From the NCBI GenBank assembly GCA_040954595.2, contig CM082581.2:4828699-4892698 (forward strand): a stretch of 64,000 nt of DNA, read 5' to 3'. Position numbers and translations under genes: made by a program. Source of the DNA: Balanoglossus misakiensis (Eukaryota > Animalia > Hemichordata). The notes under the pieces were generated by a model that was not told the origin of the DNA, searched no databases, and was given only the letters and a program-made list of their open reading frames with translations. Below, piece by piece: positions 11,546-25,631 of this stretch. Positions within the stretch are counted from its first letter, which is position 1. Every line of letters begins with the position of its first letter.

Positions 11546-14500
11546 TTAGAAATATTAAAAATCAAATAGATAATTTTCATTGTGCTGGGATTTCAAAGGA
11601 AGATTTACAATTTTTTTTTACTTTAGTCTAAAAAATATATATGGAGAAAACATAAAAAAAACAATATGTAACAAGATAAATGTAAACTTTCCGATAAAAT
11701 GTTAAATTATATTTTGCACATCGATCTATTCCGTGCGAGTTATTGATCATCACGTTATCTTTCCCTCACCAAGTTAATGGAGCTTTCCAATCCGAAATGT
11801 GCAAAAGATAACAACAACTGCATAATCTTTCTCCAATGCTGACAAGGTAAAACCTGAAAATGTCACGACAGCAATGCTAGATTTCTGACTGGGGATTTTT
11901 GGTAATCATTTATTCATCGTACGTCGTCATAATGGATCACATATCACACGGGAGATATCCACCAAGCCCAAAACTGTTCTCTGATTACAAAATAACATCA
12001 CTGAGTATCGGAAATTGGGTTATCATTTCTGTGCTTAATTAATCTTATTTTCTTCATTCCATTTTCCGCCGAGGGTTGCAAAATAACAGATATCGTAGAG
12101 ACGAAACGTATCGTATGGGAAAAATCCAACATGGTGGACGGATTCAATGTTGAGATGATAGGTTAGGAGTGTGTGGGTAGGGTTTGATAACTTGCTGTAT
12201 ATTTCGATGCAGGTAGACATCTGTCATCTATGTTTGCACATGCCTCTTGGGGGAACTGTGGAGAATTGATTTCTAGTTCAGGCCCAACGGTACGCATGGG
12301 CCGCACTCGTCAAATTTTATGGACGTTTGCAACACTGCGTTTTCCTTAACGGTAAACTCACTGGATGATGCACTCTGCGAAGTAAAACGGTGAAAGTATA
12401 CCAGTGGGAGATTTTGATAAATACATGGCGTCAGAGTTTATACAGGAACGTAGTTATCTACAGCACAGTACTCAGTACAGCGCATGCCTGTTTTCTTTCT
12501 AGGCTATATCTAGCATACATCATGCCATCCTCGTGCATGCGCTGTGGTCGTTGCCATGCCAATCGCTTCCAGCGCTGCTCAGGCAGCTGCCACGCCACGC
12601 GCCAACAGCATAGCAATTACCCATTTCGCGAAAAAAGGGATTCATCAAATGTTCCCACATTCATTTCAAATCCAATTCCACTCAATCACGGTTTTGCGAT
12701 AATATCAAAAACACATGCGGAGGGGGTCATGTTTCTTACCCCATTGCTCGCACTGCTGCCTCGTTAATATCAGTTAAGCTCAACTAAACCGTTTTTGTAT
12801 TTTATAGCTTCTCGTGCCTGGGTTAGCATTACAACACCTAGATAATAATTAAACGGGCACACGCAATGCTGCTATCGCGGTGGTAGTCGAGGCGAGTTGC
12901 ACTCACGTTAACTCAGGTGTAGCCGCGAAGGCTAGAGTCGTCGAAATTATTCACGCTTTCGTGCATCACCGGTATCCTTCACAGCTCCTACAGATGTCGA
13001 GTTGCGAAATAAGCGTCCTGATTAGGCCGCAGACACCACTCGGCTTCGTAATTTTTAGAACTGTGTGTGTGAGAACCGGAAAACTGTTATGTCTGTCTTT
13101 GTATGTGTCAGACGATCCTGGACAATCAGCAGCACTTGTTTGTTTGTGCATTTGCATTACCTGACATTGTGCTTTGCTATAAGAATCTATTGGATTCAGG
13201 TCCAGGTTGCACAAACTAATCCTTAATAATCTATTCAACGTTCTTAATCGCCTTGCGTATACGGAAAAGGGGATTATCACACGCATTGACAAGAGATTGG
13301 CGCAAGCATTCACCACTGACTTTAGTTCCACCTGAACACCGTGACGGTTTGCAAACTTTCTTATTAGCTTGTTCATTATTTCATTTCAGCCAAGATAACA
13401 AGGTAACGAGTGTTAGGAGCTTGTCTGACCTAATTAGGTGGCGTTAATTCTTAAAATTCAACAGACTGGTTTTATAACTTTACGGGTAATGATTGCGTCG
13501 ACTAGGGGATCGACGTTTCGAGGCAAAAGGGGCGAATCTCTGAGTGGAATTGAATTTCAGTATACAAGGGACCCTAACCCATTCTGGCATTTAGTGATGT
13601 AGTCAGAATGCCGAAATATTATGATGATACTTACTATGGTCACGTTGGTCCCCATGCTAGATGTTTATGATTCCCGAACCATTCAGAATTAATATCGAAA
13701 CACTGACAATATATCAATACCACTGCGTTTGGGAGGCGTATGACCTTCAGCAAAATGATTGTGTCAGAGCACGTAGAAATAAATTATTTGATATACTGTT
13801 TATAGGGGCGATTATTTGGTTGTCATAATATAGAGTGAGTTATATGTTGAAAATAATTGACGTTGGTGCTACTGATTATTTCGTCGTACGTGTATGCTAA
13901 TCTAAATGACACGTGGGCCAGGGTCTGCGTACTATTTTCGAAATATAAAACATCACTTTTTAAATTTTTTGTGGGAGGTTCACATGTCTTTCTTTCGCGG
14001 AATTGGCTTTAACCTAATTTCGTAGTACTACAACGTGACTGATCGCATACTAATCTCAAGTAAAGATGTGCGATACTAAACTCATTCAACTTTTTCACAT
14101 TTTGTAGGTTTTTTTTTTCGTTATAAAGTTTCAGAATACCCCAGTATCACTTTAGTTTATGAACTTCCATTTCTTAAACATGGCAGAAATCGGCCATCTT
14201 GAAATTCTGTCGACCATATGAGATTTTCATGACTCACCTAAAAGCTATTTCTGGAAGCGAGCATTAACTTGAAAGAATGGTTCTGACACTAGAATAGGTG
14301 ACAATTTTTAAGTGGTAAGAAAGAGCAGTACGCACTTCTCCGTGCTAAACTAGTATAAGTGCTCATGAAAATACCCTTGACATTTTCTATAGAATTGCCA
14401 TGGATGCCTAATTTTACACGTCATTGAGCATAATACGTGAATGATAATGCGAGCGCTATCATGATCGACATGTATCTTCGTGAAATTTCTTTTTTCCCAT

Positions 14501-14720
14501 TTCCTTAACCGTTTAGAAATAATTATTGAAACGGAAAAGCATTGAACTTTTAGTGAAATCATTTGAGAAAATACAGAGGTATGCCTATATCTATATCTAA
14601 AAAAGGCGGCGATATTCGTTAATTAAATTATCAGTTCAATATATATACATTCAGTTGTCTTGTCCTATTTGAATGTTTATACCATTACACATGTACACTG
14701 CCACATGACTATATGACTTC

Positions 14721-15410
14721 AGCCTGCCTGCCTGCCTGCAGGCATGCCTGCCTGCCTGCCTGCCTGCAGGCATGCCTGCCTGCCAGCCTGCCTGCCTGCA
14801 GGCCTACCTGCCAGCCTGCATGTCTGCAGGCCTACCTGCCAGCCTGCCTGCCTGCAGGCATGCCTGCCTGCCTGCCTGCAGGCCTACCTGCCAGCCTGCC
14901 TGCCTGCAGGCCTGCCTGCCTGCAGGCCTACCTGCCAGCCTGCATGTCTGCAGGCCTGCCTGCCTGCATGTCTGCAGGCCTACCTGCCAGCCTGCCTGCC
15001 TGCAGGCCTACCTGCCAGCCTGCCTGCCTGCCTGCCTGCAGGCATGCCTGCCTGCCAGCCTGCCTGCCTGCAGGCCTACCTGCCAGCCTGCCTGCCTGCA
15101 GGCATGCCTGCCTGCCTGCCTGCAGGCCTACCTGCCAGCCTGCCTGCCTGCAGGCCTGCCTGCCTGCAGGCCTACCTGCCAGCCTGCATGTCTGCAGGCC
15201 TGCCTGCCTGCATGTCTGCAGGCCTACCTGCCAGCCTGCATGTCTGCAGGCCTGCCTGCCTGCATGTCTGCAGGCCTGCCTTCCTGCCTGCCTGCCTGCC
15301 TGCAGGCATGCCTGCATGCATGCATACATACACACACACACACAGACAAACAGACAGAACACAGAAATACAGAAACACTGTATTACATACAGAAATACAT
15401 ACATGGTACA
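14721..15410. repeat. (GCCT)n-derived complex minisatellite with higher-order units
   Basis: Recurrent blocks cctgcaggcctacctgccag, cctgcaggcatg and catgtctgcagg, grading into (CATA)/(CA)/(CAGA). Confidence 0.95.
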
Positions 15411-16436
15411 TACAGTGTTTACATTTACGTTCTTTGCGTATAAGTTGCAACATATGCACCCGCCTATCTTAAATGCCGACCCTACAATTTTCTGCGGCGA
15501 GGATGAAGCATAATATTGTGACATCTCATCTTTTCTGCAAAGACCTTAATCCGATCTATAAAGTCAACTTATTATTTGTCTTCGAAGGCCTGATTGCCAT
15601 ACGTTTGCAAGGTAGACCGTAAACGTAATGGGGCCCAGCAAGCGTTCAAATGAAATGCATGACACAGTATTATCACTGTTCTCCTAACACGTGGACGGAC
15701 TGTGATATAATAAATATTTTATCGGCACTGAATGTCACCAGCAGCGCGCACGACAAAATCCTAGTCAAACGGCAGTTTATCTGCTCATTCGTTTGAACTC
15801 ATGGACAGTAATCGGCACTCTCAGTTTTACGCGAGAGCACACTGTTTCTGCCTTGTCGGTGACGTAATGTACTGTATTATAACACTTCCCAGCTCAAAAT
15901 GTGGCGGTGCCCTTTAATACATGGGAGTATGTGTCTATCGCTTCGAACGAATGTAGCGTGGATGGGTGTGTATTTCATGGTGACCTTTGCTCGAAGTTTG
16001 CGTACAGGCGCAGACATTTCCTATTTTCGATTCCTATAGATTTTCTAACTGCGTCTCTATTGTCGAACTGCAACGCTATTAGCCATTTTTTTTCGCGCGT
16101 ACGTTTAATTAAACCGTGCAGACGCTGAAATGGTATTTCTCGTAAACCATTACAGTGTCGTAATAGATGACTCGTCACGGGAAGTTCGAAGATCGATGGG
16201 AACAGAAAAAATGCGAAACTGCACAATGCCTGATAATTGGCATCTTAGTATTCCAGAAACGTTGGCAAACACCGCGCCTTTCACCGTGTTCCGCCTCATA
16301 TGTATTCATCGAGCAACCTGCGATCACAATCTCTGCGTCACCGTTTCTAATGTGGCGCAAACCTGAAAATCTGCGAGAAATGTTCAGCAAGATCTTGGTG
16401 GTCTTCAGATGACCACGTAGACTAATTTGTGTCCGG

Positions 16437-17410
16437 TCTAATCCATATACACGACAATGCTGACAGGGTTTTCTCGCAAAGATGTCCGGCAATGTGCGCA
16501 AAAAATCGGGAAACCAGAAACCAGACTAAGGTCGCCATGAATGTTTCGGAAGTACATTCATTATTATAGACCAACAATTTGACATTCAACAGCCTTCACC
16601 AATGTTTACCCCGTTTCTGTAATCAGTCGTGACATTGTGCGCCTTGCTTTCGCATCCAGCGACACGTACGCGTCATGTGACTTAATTCGCCTGTTTGGGT
16701 TGTATACCGTGGTGAACCGTGACTTTTCCCCACGGAGCTAGAAACATTTAGCTGTATGTGTCTTTAACCCCCGCGGACAAGGGGATGGATTTTGTGAAAT
16801 GGACTCGGTCAGTTTGTGTACGCCCGCAGCTAGTACTCAGACATGCCTGAACCACTTCTTGTCAAACGTGACACCACAAGGACAATGTTGCAAGGCTTGA
16901 GATGAGACTACATGTTTGGATACGATCTGATGTGGGATTTTGCGTATGTTTTATAGATCCGTGATTGAGTCTTTTTTCTGTTTGGCGGTGGTGTTGCCTC
17001 TTCTGACCAAAATCAGATATTATATTATACCAGTATATTGATGGTGTAAATCACGCTATTTTATTGGTCGAGACACGACACGTGACTGTGATATATTAGC
17101 CATATACCACAGTCATATATCATAGTCAAAGAAAATGCCTTTTTAAAATGTTTTATGCAAAGTTTCAATATACTGGCATAATATAATAGCAATAAAACAC
17201 CCCCAGCCATGGTATACCACGAGATTTTGACCAGTTCAACTCCATATACGCACTCGCTATCGCTCGTGCGTATATGTCGTGAACTGGTCAAAATCTCGTG
17301 GTATACCATGGCTGGGGGTGTTTTATTGCTTAAGTAAATCATGTCATCAAAGCTGCTGGGGATATTCTGGGCGCATCTTTCCCTTTTTTTCCAAAATACG
17401 ACATCCGTCA
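16437..17410 (+). repeat. Paralogous copy of segment Y
   Basis: Matches 19371-20035, interrupted by the hairpin element. Confidence 0.9.
17020..17334 (+). mobile_element. Hairpin-tailed non-autonomous DNA element (Crypton-like)
   Basis: Absent from the paralogous copy at about 19960 (empty site). It ends in a ~50-bp perfect inverted repeat (about 17188-17238 / 17280-17330) with an inner hairpin ATATACGCAC-tcgctatcgctc-GTGCGTATAT. The superfamily assignment is from recollection of similar marine invertebrate elements. Confidence 0.65.
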
Positions 17411-18248
17411 CAGACAAATCTACAACTATACAGACAAACTGTCCACCAGATATGGTTCAAATCTTTACAGCTCTACTTGAGAAAGCGTTATATATCGATG
17501 ACACAGAAACATATATACATGTACATGTAGACAGACAGACAGACAGGCGGGCAGGCAGTCAAACAAGCAGATCGACATATATACGGACAGACGCGCAGAC
17601 GGAAAAATCGGTACATTAGTCCTCGTGTGATAAAAGCGCAACTATAGAAGGCCATTATTTTTATTCATTTGTTAGACATCCCTGAAATGGTTTTGTTTAT
17701 ACTAGTCACGAGGGGAGAGTGTGCTTGAGCCCACTCACAATGTTCTGTGTATTTCAACACAAGAGTCAATGTCACCACTAAATGATCAGAATTCGAACCC
17801 ACATGTGCCCTATTATCTATTTGTTTCGAAGTATAATACAAGTCACCTTGTTTTTTTGACACTGAGATCCGTAATGCCCGCACCAGATTTTTCTTTCAGA
17901 CGTGACTTCCTGCGGTGCATTCATTATCCATTGATCCGACAAGGACGATGTCTTTGACAGTGATTTTCTTTCAATTTGACTTGCGTTTCTATGCGTGAGT
18001 CGTCAAAACCATCTACATTGACGTCTCCATAGGGATTTCAATAGGAACCGCTAGAAAGCTTCTCATATACTAGCCGACTTTTAAATGACATTTGCTCTTG
18101 GTCCATGCAGTTAAAATAAAGTCAAATCCCAACGACTTAATACATTTTATTGTTTCCGCGCTTTGATTATCCGTTTAACTTGTTTGTGTAGAAACAGCAA
18201 CGGCGTAGAATTGACGACAGCATTTCACCCATTCGCCCACTAAGTTAT

Positions 18249-18484
18249 TTAAGCAATAAATGGTCAAAATCGAGTGGTATACCATGGCTGGGGGTGTTTT
18301 ATTGCTATTATATTATACCAGTATATTGAAACTTTGCATAAAACATTTCTAAAAGGCGTTTTCTTTGACTATGAGTTTTGCGTGATATATGACTGTGGTA
18401 TGTGACGAATATATCACAGTCACGTGTCGTGTCTCGACCAATAAAATAGCGTGATTTACACCATCAATATACTGGTATAATATA
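18249..18484 (-). mobile_element. Second, inverted copy of the hairpin-tailed element with the hairpin internally deleted
   Basis: Reverse complement of 17020-17235; terminal ttaagcaataaa is joined directly to tggtcaaaat. Confidence 0.7.
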
Positions 18485-19370
18485 CATGTAATGTGTAATA
18501 TAATTAACTTACTCAATAACCAATATCTATTTCGATTAAACCCACGCCCAACGATTACCACGCATCCTTCATTCTGATGGTGCAAACTGACCAGAGAAGT
18601 TTTCTTCCCCGTTTTGATCTGTTTTCATATACCCTGAACAGTGCTTGTCGCTCGTTCTCTTACCCACATAACATAATCAAGACACAACAACTATTGCAAG
18701 CGTTTATTGAATTCAGGGAAAACTCCATGTCAGTGTTATGAACAGAAATATTTCATCGGCTCTTACGGTAATTCTGAATCTACAGTAGTGCAAAAATCAT
18801 TCCCTACAAATCTGCTCAAGGGTTAAGCACCATATGCATTTTTGAAGGGGAAATATTGTCATGGTGTAAATCGACTGGATCTCAATCTGGTGAAATTACC
18901 ACCTGCAGTCTGTAGTACCTAGCATCTTAAACCGCAGTATTGTGTTATTTCCGCTGACGCACCGAGTATACTTATTAATAATACTGCAGATGTGTTACCG
19001 CGCTCCCAGAAATCGCTTTGTTTTTTGCCGATGCATAAAGCAAAACAGTCCGCTGTAATAAATTGCAATTAGTGCTGAGATGAGAAGTGGCGTTTGGAAC
19101 AACCGATCAAGAGAATTCAATTAATCCGTATGCTGTGGAGAGACTTTATAAACCTGTTGGTTTTCGTTTAATTCTGTAATCCCACACCATGTAATGGAAT
19201 TTTAACTCTATCAATCTTTCTCTGCATTTAATAGAATCATGCCATGATTGTGACACGCGCGTTTCGGGAGAAAAATCGTCATCGTTTCAACCCCCGTGCA
19301 TCGACCGGTAATGTTTCCATTGCACGTGAGAATATCTGAGTAAATTACACGTAGTCCAAACAAGATTCCC

Positions 19371-20035
19371 GTCTAATCCATATACACGACAATGCGAACA
19401 ACTGACACTGTTTTCTCGCAAAGATGTCCGGCAATGTGCGCAAAAAATCGGGAAACCAGAAACCAGACTAAGGTCGCCATGAATGTTTCGGAAGTACATT
19501 CATTATTATAGACCAACAATTTGACATTCAACAGCCTTCACCAATGTTTACCCCGTTTCTGTAATCAGTCGTGACATTGTGCGCCTTGCTTTCGCATCCA
19601 GCGACACGTACGCGTCATGTGACTTAATTCGCCTGTTTGGGTTGTATACCGTGGTGAACCGTGACTTTTCCCCACGGAGCTAGAAACATTTAGCTGTATG
19701 TGTCTTTAACCCCCGCGGACAAGGGGATGGATTTTGTGAAATGGACTCGGTCAGTTTGTGTACGCCCGCAGCTAGTACTCAGACATGCCTGAACCACTTC
19801 TTGTCAAACGTGACACCACAAGGACAATGTTGCAAGGTTTGGGATGAGACTACCTGTTTGGATACGATCTGTTGTGGAATTTAACGTATGTTTTATAGAT
19901 CCGTGGTTGAGTCTTTGTTTCTGTTGGGCGGCGGTGTTGTCTCTTCTGACCAAAATCAGATAAATCATGTCATCAAACCTGCTGGGGATATTCCTGGCGC
20001 ATCATTCCCCTTTTTTCCAAAATACGACATCCGTC
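19371..20035 (+). repeat. Local duplication (segment Y) of about 16437-17410, lacking the 17020-17334 insertion
   Basis: Direct sequence match from gtctaatccatatacacgac to caaaatacgacatccgtc. Confidence 0.9.
19820..20035 (+). mobile_element. Degenerate LINE (Rex1/Babar-type) ORF2 C-terminal fragment; second copy at about 16880-17460
   Basis: MFYRSVVESL..GGGVVSSDQNQINHVIKPAGDIPG resembles the MFYxSVVESxL...WGG...D..RL..LI.KA..I.G motif downstream of the RT domain in Rex/Babar/L2-clade LINEs. Confidence 0.55.
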
Positions 20036-23000
20036 TGCTGTGGAGAGACTTTATAAACCTGTTGGTTTTCGTTTAATTCTGTAATCCCACACCATGTAAT
20101 GGAATTTTAACTCTATCAATCTTTCTCTGCATTTAATAGAATCATGCCATGATTGTGACACGCGCGTTTCGGGAGAAAAATCGTCATCGTTTCAACCCCC
20201 GTGCATCGACCGGTAATGTTTCCATTGCACGTGAGAATATCTGAGTAAATTACACGTAGTCCAAACAAGATTCCCGTCGTGTCCCATATAGTCTATACAG
20301 TCTCGCTTGGAAAACCCCGAACCAGTTTAACGAGTGGTGTTACCGCAAGAGCGAGCTCGGATTTGAGATCACATAATCGCTCGTTATCAGATGCGAATCT
20401 GGCAAGTGAGACCCCACGCCCTGTTAGATACCAGGTAAAAAAATCCAACAGCTGTCGCTATACAATTTTAACACAGCTGGAACGACTCTGTCCTAATCCC
20501 ATGGCGGCATTCTCCGGCGAATACTCTCACTCATACACCCAGTTGTCACAAAACGATTTTATTCTTGTTTAATTTAGTGCAGACTGCCTATGATGTTATT
20601 AGAAGACAATCAAATATGGATATGGCAAAGTATAAAATAAAGTAAGAATCGACGTAATTGTCAGTCAATGAAGGGAATTGAAAGGAATACTATTATAAAT
20701 ACAGGATAGGACGTGAAATGATTTTAAATTTAATTTGTGATTGGTATACGATTATTTTTTTTAATGTGACGTCGGTTAAGCATCGTTCCTCGCAAGGCGC
20801 CGGGCTCTCAGTCTGAATCTATAAATCGAAAACCCAGAGCAATTATTTTTGTCTCAATCATTCCAGAAAAAAATGACGTCCGTACCCGTCACGTTGTTGG
20901 GTCTGCACGTTATAATACATTAACTCCAGAGATGTGCGCACGTGTGTTACTACGAAAATACAGCTTTATGTATGTGACATAAAAAAGATATGCTATGAAA
21001 GTATTAGCCTTTATGTATAATGTTTACTTTTGTCTTATGTCCGCCGCGATGTTTTGCAGACGTGCACGGCTCTAGTCGTGTTTACGACGTCAGCTGTTGA
21101 TTTCTGAAGATTATGATGTGAGCACTGCTATACCGTACACTATTCTGAAGATTGCTATCCTCATGTATGAGCCTAGACCTGTTTTGTTAAGGGCCGGCTG
21201 TTGCGTGTTGGGCGATAAACTTGAAGTTCGCGAACGTATATATGTTTGGCGCAACTCTCTTTTGTAGGTGCCATTTGTGGAAGCACGATATGATCGTAGA
21301 ATGATGTTATCGACACTTGCAACACCGACTATCATTTCCTTAATTGGTCCCCAATAATACCCAAACTCCTTACAATCTGTTGCTGGCGGTTGATAATAGG
21401 ATCAGAAAGAGATATACTACGCTTGCGAGCTGTTATTTTGATATGCAGGTGTCCGGTCGATTGAAATACGCCGAGAAGATTACCCGAACAGTTTCTATTT
21501 CAGTGCTACAATTATGAAAATGCCTCCGGGGAGATAGGAATCGTGAAATTCCAAGCGGCATGCCTGCCAGCTGTCGCCAACTCAAAACTGAAACATGTCT
21601 ATAGGAGGGACGGTTCAATAATTGCAATGGGGTGGGTGCTGTAGCCGAAGTTTGTCTGTACTGACTTTGCGTGTCGCTCGACCGTGCTTTTAAAATGGCC
21701 CTCCAATCGCCCGTGCTTTCAGACGGAACCTGCGAGGTTGATAGAGTGGACAAGACTCTCGCGTTCACATACAGGCACAGCGGATATCGTGAAATGCGAG
21801 AGATCAGTTTTACGTCACATGAGTGGCGTCAGCCGTGAATTGAACAAAAAAAACAAGAATTGAGCCATTAAGCACACCTGGTTATTGCGTGTTCATCAGA
21901 CTACATAAAATCGGAATACCTGCTGAGGGAAATGCAGACAAACCTTTGTTTCCAACCACCCAATGCAAAATGGAAACCCTTTGAAATTGAATGACGATAT
22001 GAGCACAACGACCGTTACCAGACGACGGCACGAGGTTTCTTATCCTTACTAAATTTGCCATTTATGGCTGAGATCATACTACTGTGGATACCATTTTCAA
22101 CACGGCCATGCAGGTCGTCATGCAGTGGAAACATTTTAAGCTGGTATACAGTTGACCACATCAAAAGGCATATACTTAAGCGCGTAACGTTTTATCTGCG
22201 GTTTAAGAGACATGTGATGACGTGAAACTAAAACGACAATTACTTGAAAAATAGAGTGAGCAGACACCGTTCTTCGACCATCGCTTCCTCTAAGCTTAGC
22301 ATGGGGGCGTGGTCGCTTGTCTTCACGCTAACGTAATTACGCAGTTCACTCGTCCCTGGCGTTGTGACTGTTACGTTGACTGCGGTCACGGTTCCAGACA
22401 GAGCGAAGCAGGTGTCATTATAACTCATTCTTTTTCCAGGCAAATGTGTTCTGCACAGTCACTTACTCGGCGATTTCTTCACATATACACCAGACCTTTT
22501 AATGGACCGCTTAGTAATTCAAAACTTCGCGTCATTTTGTCACATCCGTCGGCCGGTAATACAATCTTCTATTTCTGGAACCGTTCCTTGAAATTGCGTG
22601 ACCCCTAGTAGAAGAGAAACGAGAACGCTGGGGCATTGAATTGTTGTCGTTTGGACCATATAGTGTTCGTAATAGAAGTTACTCAATTCCATTATCAGAT
22701 ATGGTCCATTCCCATTTAACGTGATATAATAGCCTCTCACCTATGGCATTTACCCGTAGTAATAATTAGAATGCCTTTTATAAAGTGTTCACTCGAAATA
22801 ACCAAACCTGGCAAAATAATAGTCTAGGTTTTGAGAAAGACGACGCACGTATTTGCAGACTTGCGTGTGAGGCGCCACTGTCTGGCTTGGTAAACCCGAT
22901 TCGTCGCCATGAAAACTGTAATACGAAGATTACAATTAACACGTGTGCGCAATAAAGTCGTTTCGGTCATTTTGATTACAGCTATTATTTAAGATTTATT

Positions 23001-25289
23001 GAACATATATCTATATTGAATTCAAATGAACAGTGTTTGAATTACGAGACTTGGCATATTATTAACAATATCATGTAAGATCCTTTATGAATTATGGCAT
23101 TAAGCAACCAGAAATTCCACTAAGTTAAAATCATTTAAATTTATTACTTTCTTGATCAGCTCCTTCCTCTCATCTCCGACTTCAGTCAAGACCCATACTC
23201 AATGATAATTGAGTGACATATGCAGTTTTTATGCATATATACTATGCGGGTAAATCATCAGTCATCACTTTGTTCAATTGTATTTTGTGGTCCCTTACTA
23301 TTTAAGGTTTCAAAAAACCCACTGAATCGTTGACAAGTCAAACTCGATAAACATGGTTTATGTTTTTTTTGATGTGCCTAAACTGAATTCGGTCTATAGT
23401 CAGTTTGCGTGAGCCCGATAAGGATAAAACGTATTAACAAGACGGCGACTTTTATTTTCGACGGTATCCTGATATTCCCTTTTCAATACAAAATGGCCGC
23501 CAAAATGTAACACAGCCAGGGGTTCCTATGGGAATAAACAAAACACATTTACTTCTATGACCGGTGAATATTTTAGCAACACGTGACAAACAGTCGATCA
23601 ACTAAATATAAAAATTCATTTTGGAAAATTTCTAATAATGATGCAACGCACGTTCAATGGCGCCTCTTGTGGCATTTTATACTTTTGGACACGTGGGCCC
23701 AACCCTTTTCAAATCAAGTATGCTCTGACTAAAACTGATTAAGCAATCACTACTATCTATACATCGTGGAAAGCGGGGTTCTCAGGGAACGCAGCTGTGT
23801 ATACATTTGTTGGCATCCGGTACACAATGGGCACGTGACCAACAAATTACAAACTCGGGTGAAGCAAGTTTTCTCGTGATCTACATGAATACTGTATCAT
23901 AAGGTTGATAACTACCGAGATTCAGTGCATGGTTATCACATTCCATATAGCCTTACATATAGAATTTTGAGAAAACAGAGTTCCAATATTTTAATTTTCT
24001 TGAAATGTTCACAAAAGGGTAAATAAATATATAGCTGTTCAGATATTTTCACCACAGGAAAACTATAGCATTAGTAGTGCGTGGAAAGTGCTGACTCAGC
24101 ATTTCCCGCACCGTTTGAGACCTCCATACTGAATAAGTAGCGTTGAAACAACCTGTTTTCCTCTGTTTGTTTTAAACATTAATTGATAAACAATGTTATA
24201 CATTTATATAAATGAGGAAAAATATTCTCACTTTTGAGTAGGCCACTACATGTACCTTGTAAATATTTAAATATGAAAGTCATATAATATAATCCAGCTA
24301 TTGTAGCAAGCTTGTAATTGTTCCATTTTTTCCCCATAGGAAACCTGATAACGCCTGAAGATAACCAAAGAAAGACATAAAAAGATATCATAGTTCAGAC
24401 TGAGACAATATTTGCGAGAAGATGTTTCAAATTATTGCTGGTGCCGTTATCAAACTGACATAGCACTTTCCCAGGAGTTCAAAATGTAAATTTTTGTTTG
24501 GGATTGCTGGCCCATATAAAAGGGACTGTTTGCTATTTGGGGAAAAAAGTGGTTTATGTGTGTTTTTATGTGAGTGCTTCTTCATTCTGTATACTTCAGG
24601 GAGCGCAGAGATAACTCTGTCTACCGTAAACATGAAAGTAGTACATTTCACGCTTATACAGTGAATATGTTCAATATCCACGGAATAGAGAATTTAAACT
24701 GAAATGCCTGTCTGTGTAAGAGATGGTAATGTTTCTAATTTTAAGGGCAAACCCAACAGAAATACACATAACCGCCATACTTAGTGACACCTTCAAAATA
24801 TTATTTACTAATAACACTTGCAAAACTTTTAGTAAGAAAATAGATGGAGAAAAATGTAACCAAACGAAGAAATGATGTTATGGGTAATTTTATGTTACTC
24901 AAAATGTATATTTATTCAATGGGATTAAAACGCATATTTAGTTGATAAAAGGCGTTATTACTGTAAATAAAGCTTCTGGGTTACTACGTTTCAAACGATT
25001 CCAATGTTTTTGGTAATAGTATTTTGTAGCTTTCCTACTGGTTTATATTAAAGGCAGAGAGAATTGCTTTCAATTTATACGTGACTCTAGCCGATTAAGC
25101 TAGCTGCATTAGTTTTATTCCAGGTGAAACTGCTCCATTCCAACCAAATATCGCAGTGGATAATCAAAACACGCGTATAGTAAACGAAACCTCTTCTTTA
25201 AGGGCTAGTGGACTATTTCGACTACAGTACGCCAATCCGCACAAGGTTTGTATGTGTAAACATGTATTTCTGTGTGTATTTTAAATATT

Positions 25290-25631
25290 TTTTTCTTTCT
25301 GTATTTCTGTATGTATTTCCATATTTCTTTCTGTATTTCTTTCTGTATTTCTGTATTTCTGTATTTCTGTATGTATGTATGTATGTATGTATGTACATTG
25401 TATGTATTTCTGTATTTCTGTATTTCTGTATGTATGTATGTATGTATGTATGTATGTATGTATGTATGTATGTATGTATGTATGTATGTATGTATGTATG
25501 TATGTATGTATGTATGTATGTATGTATGTATGTATGTATGTATGTATGTATGTATGTATGTATGTATGTATGTATGTATGTATGTATGTATGTATGTATG
25601 TATGTATGTATGTATGTATGTATGTATGTAT
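25290..25631. repeat. (TTTCTGTA)/(TATG)n microsatellite
   Basis: Directly visible. Confidence 0.97.

Larger units (their letters stand above)
19131..20278 (+). repeat. ~245-bp direct repeats (segment X at 19131-19373 and 20036-20278) flanking segment Y
   Basis: tgctgtggagagactttataaac...ccaaacaagattcccgtc is present twice, apparently identical. Confidence 0.9.

Noticed and set aside
19131-20278. LTR retrotransposon or TRIM interpretation of the direct repeats
   Set aside because: No TG...CA termini pair, PBS, PPT or TSD, and the interior is a copy of nearby local sequence.
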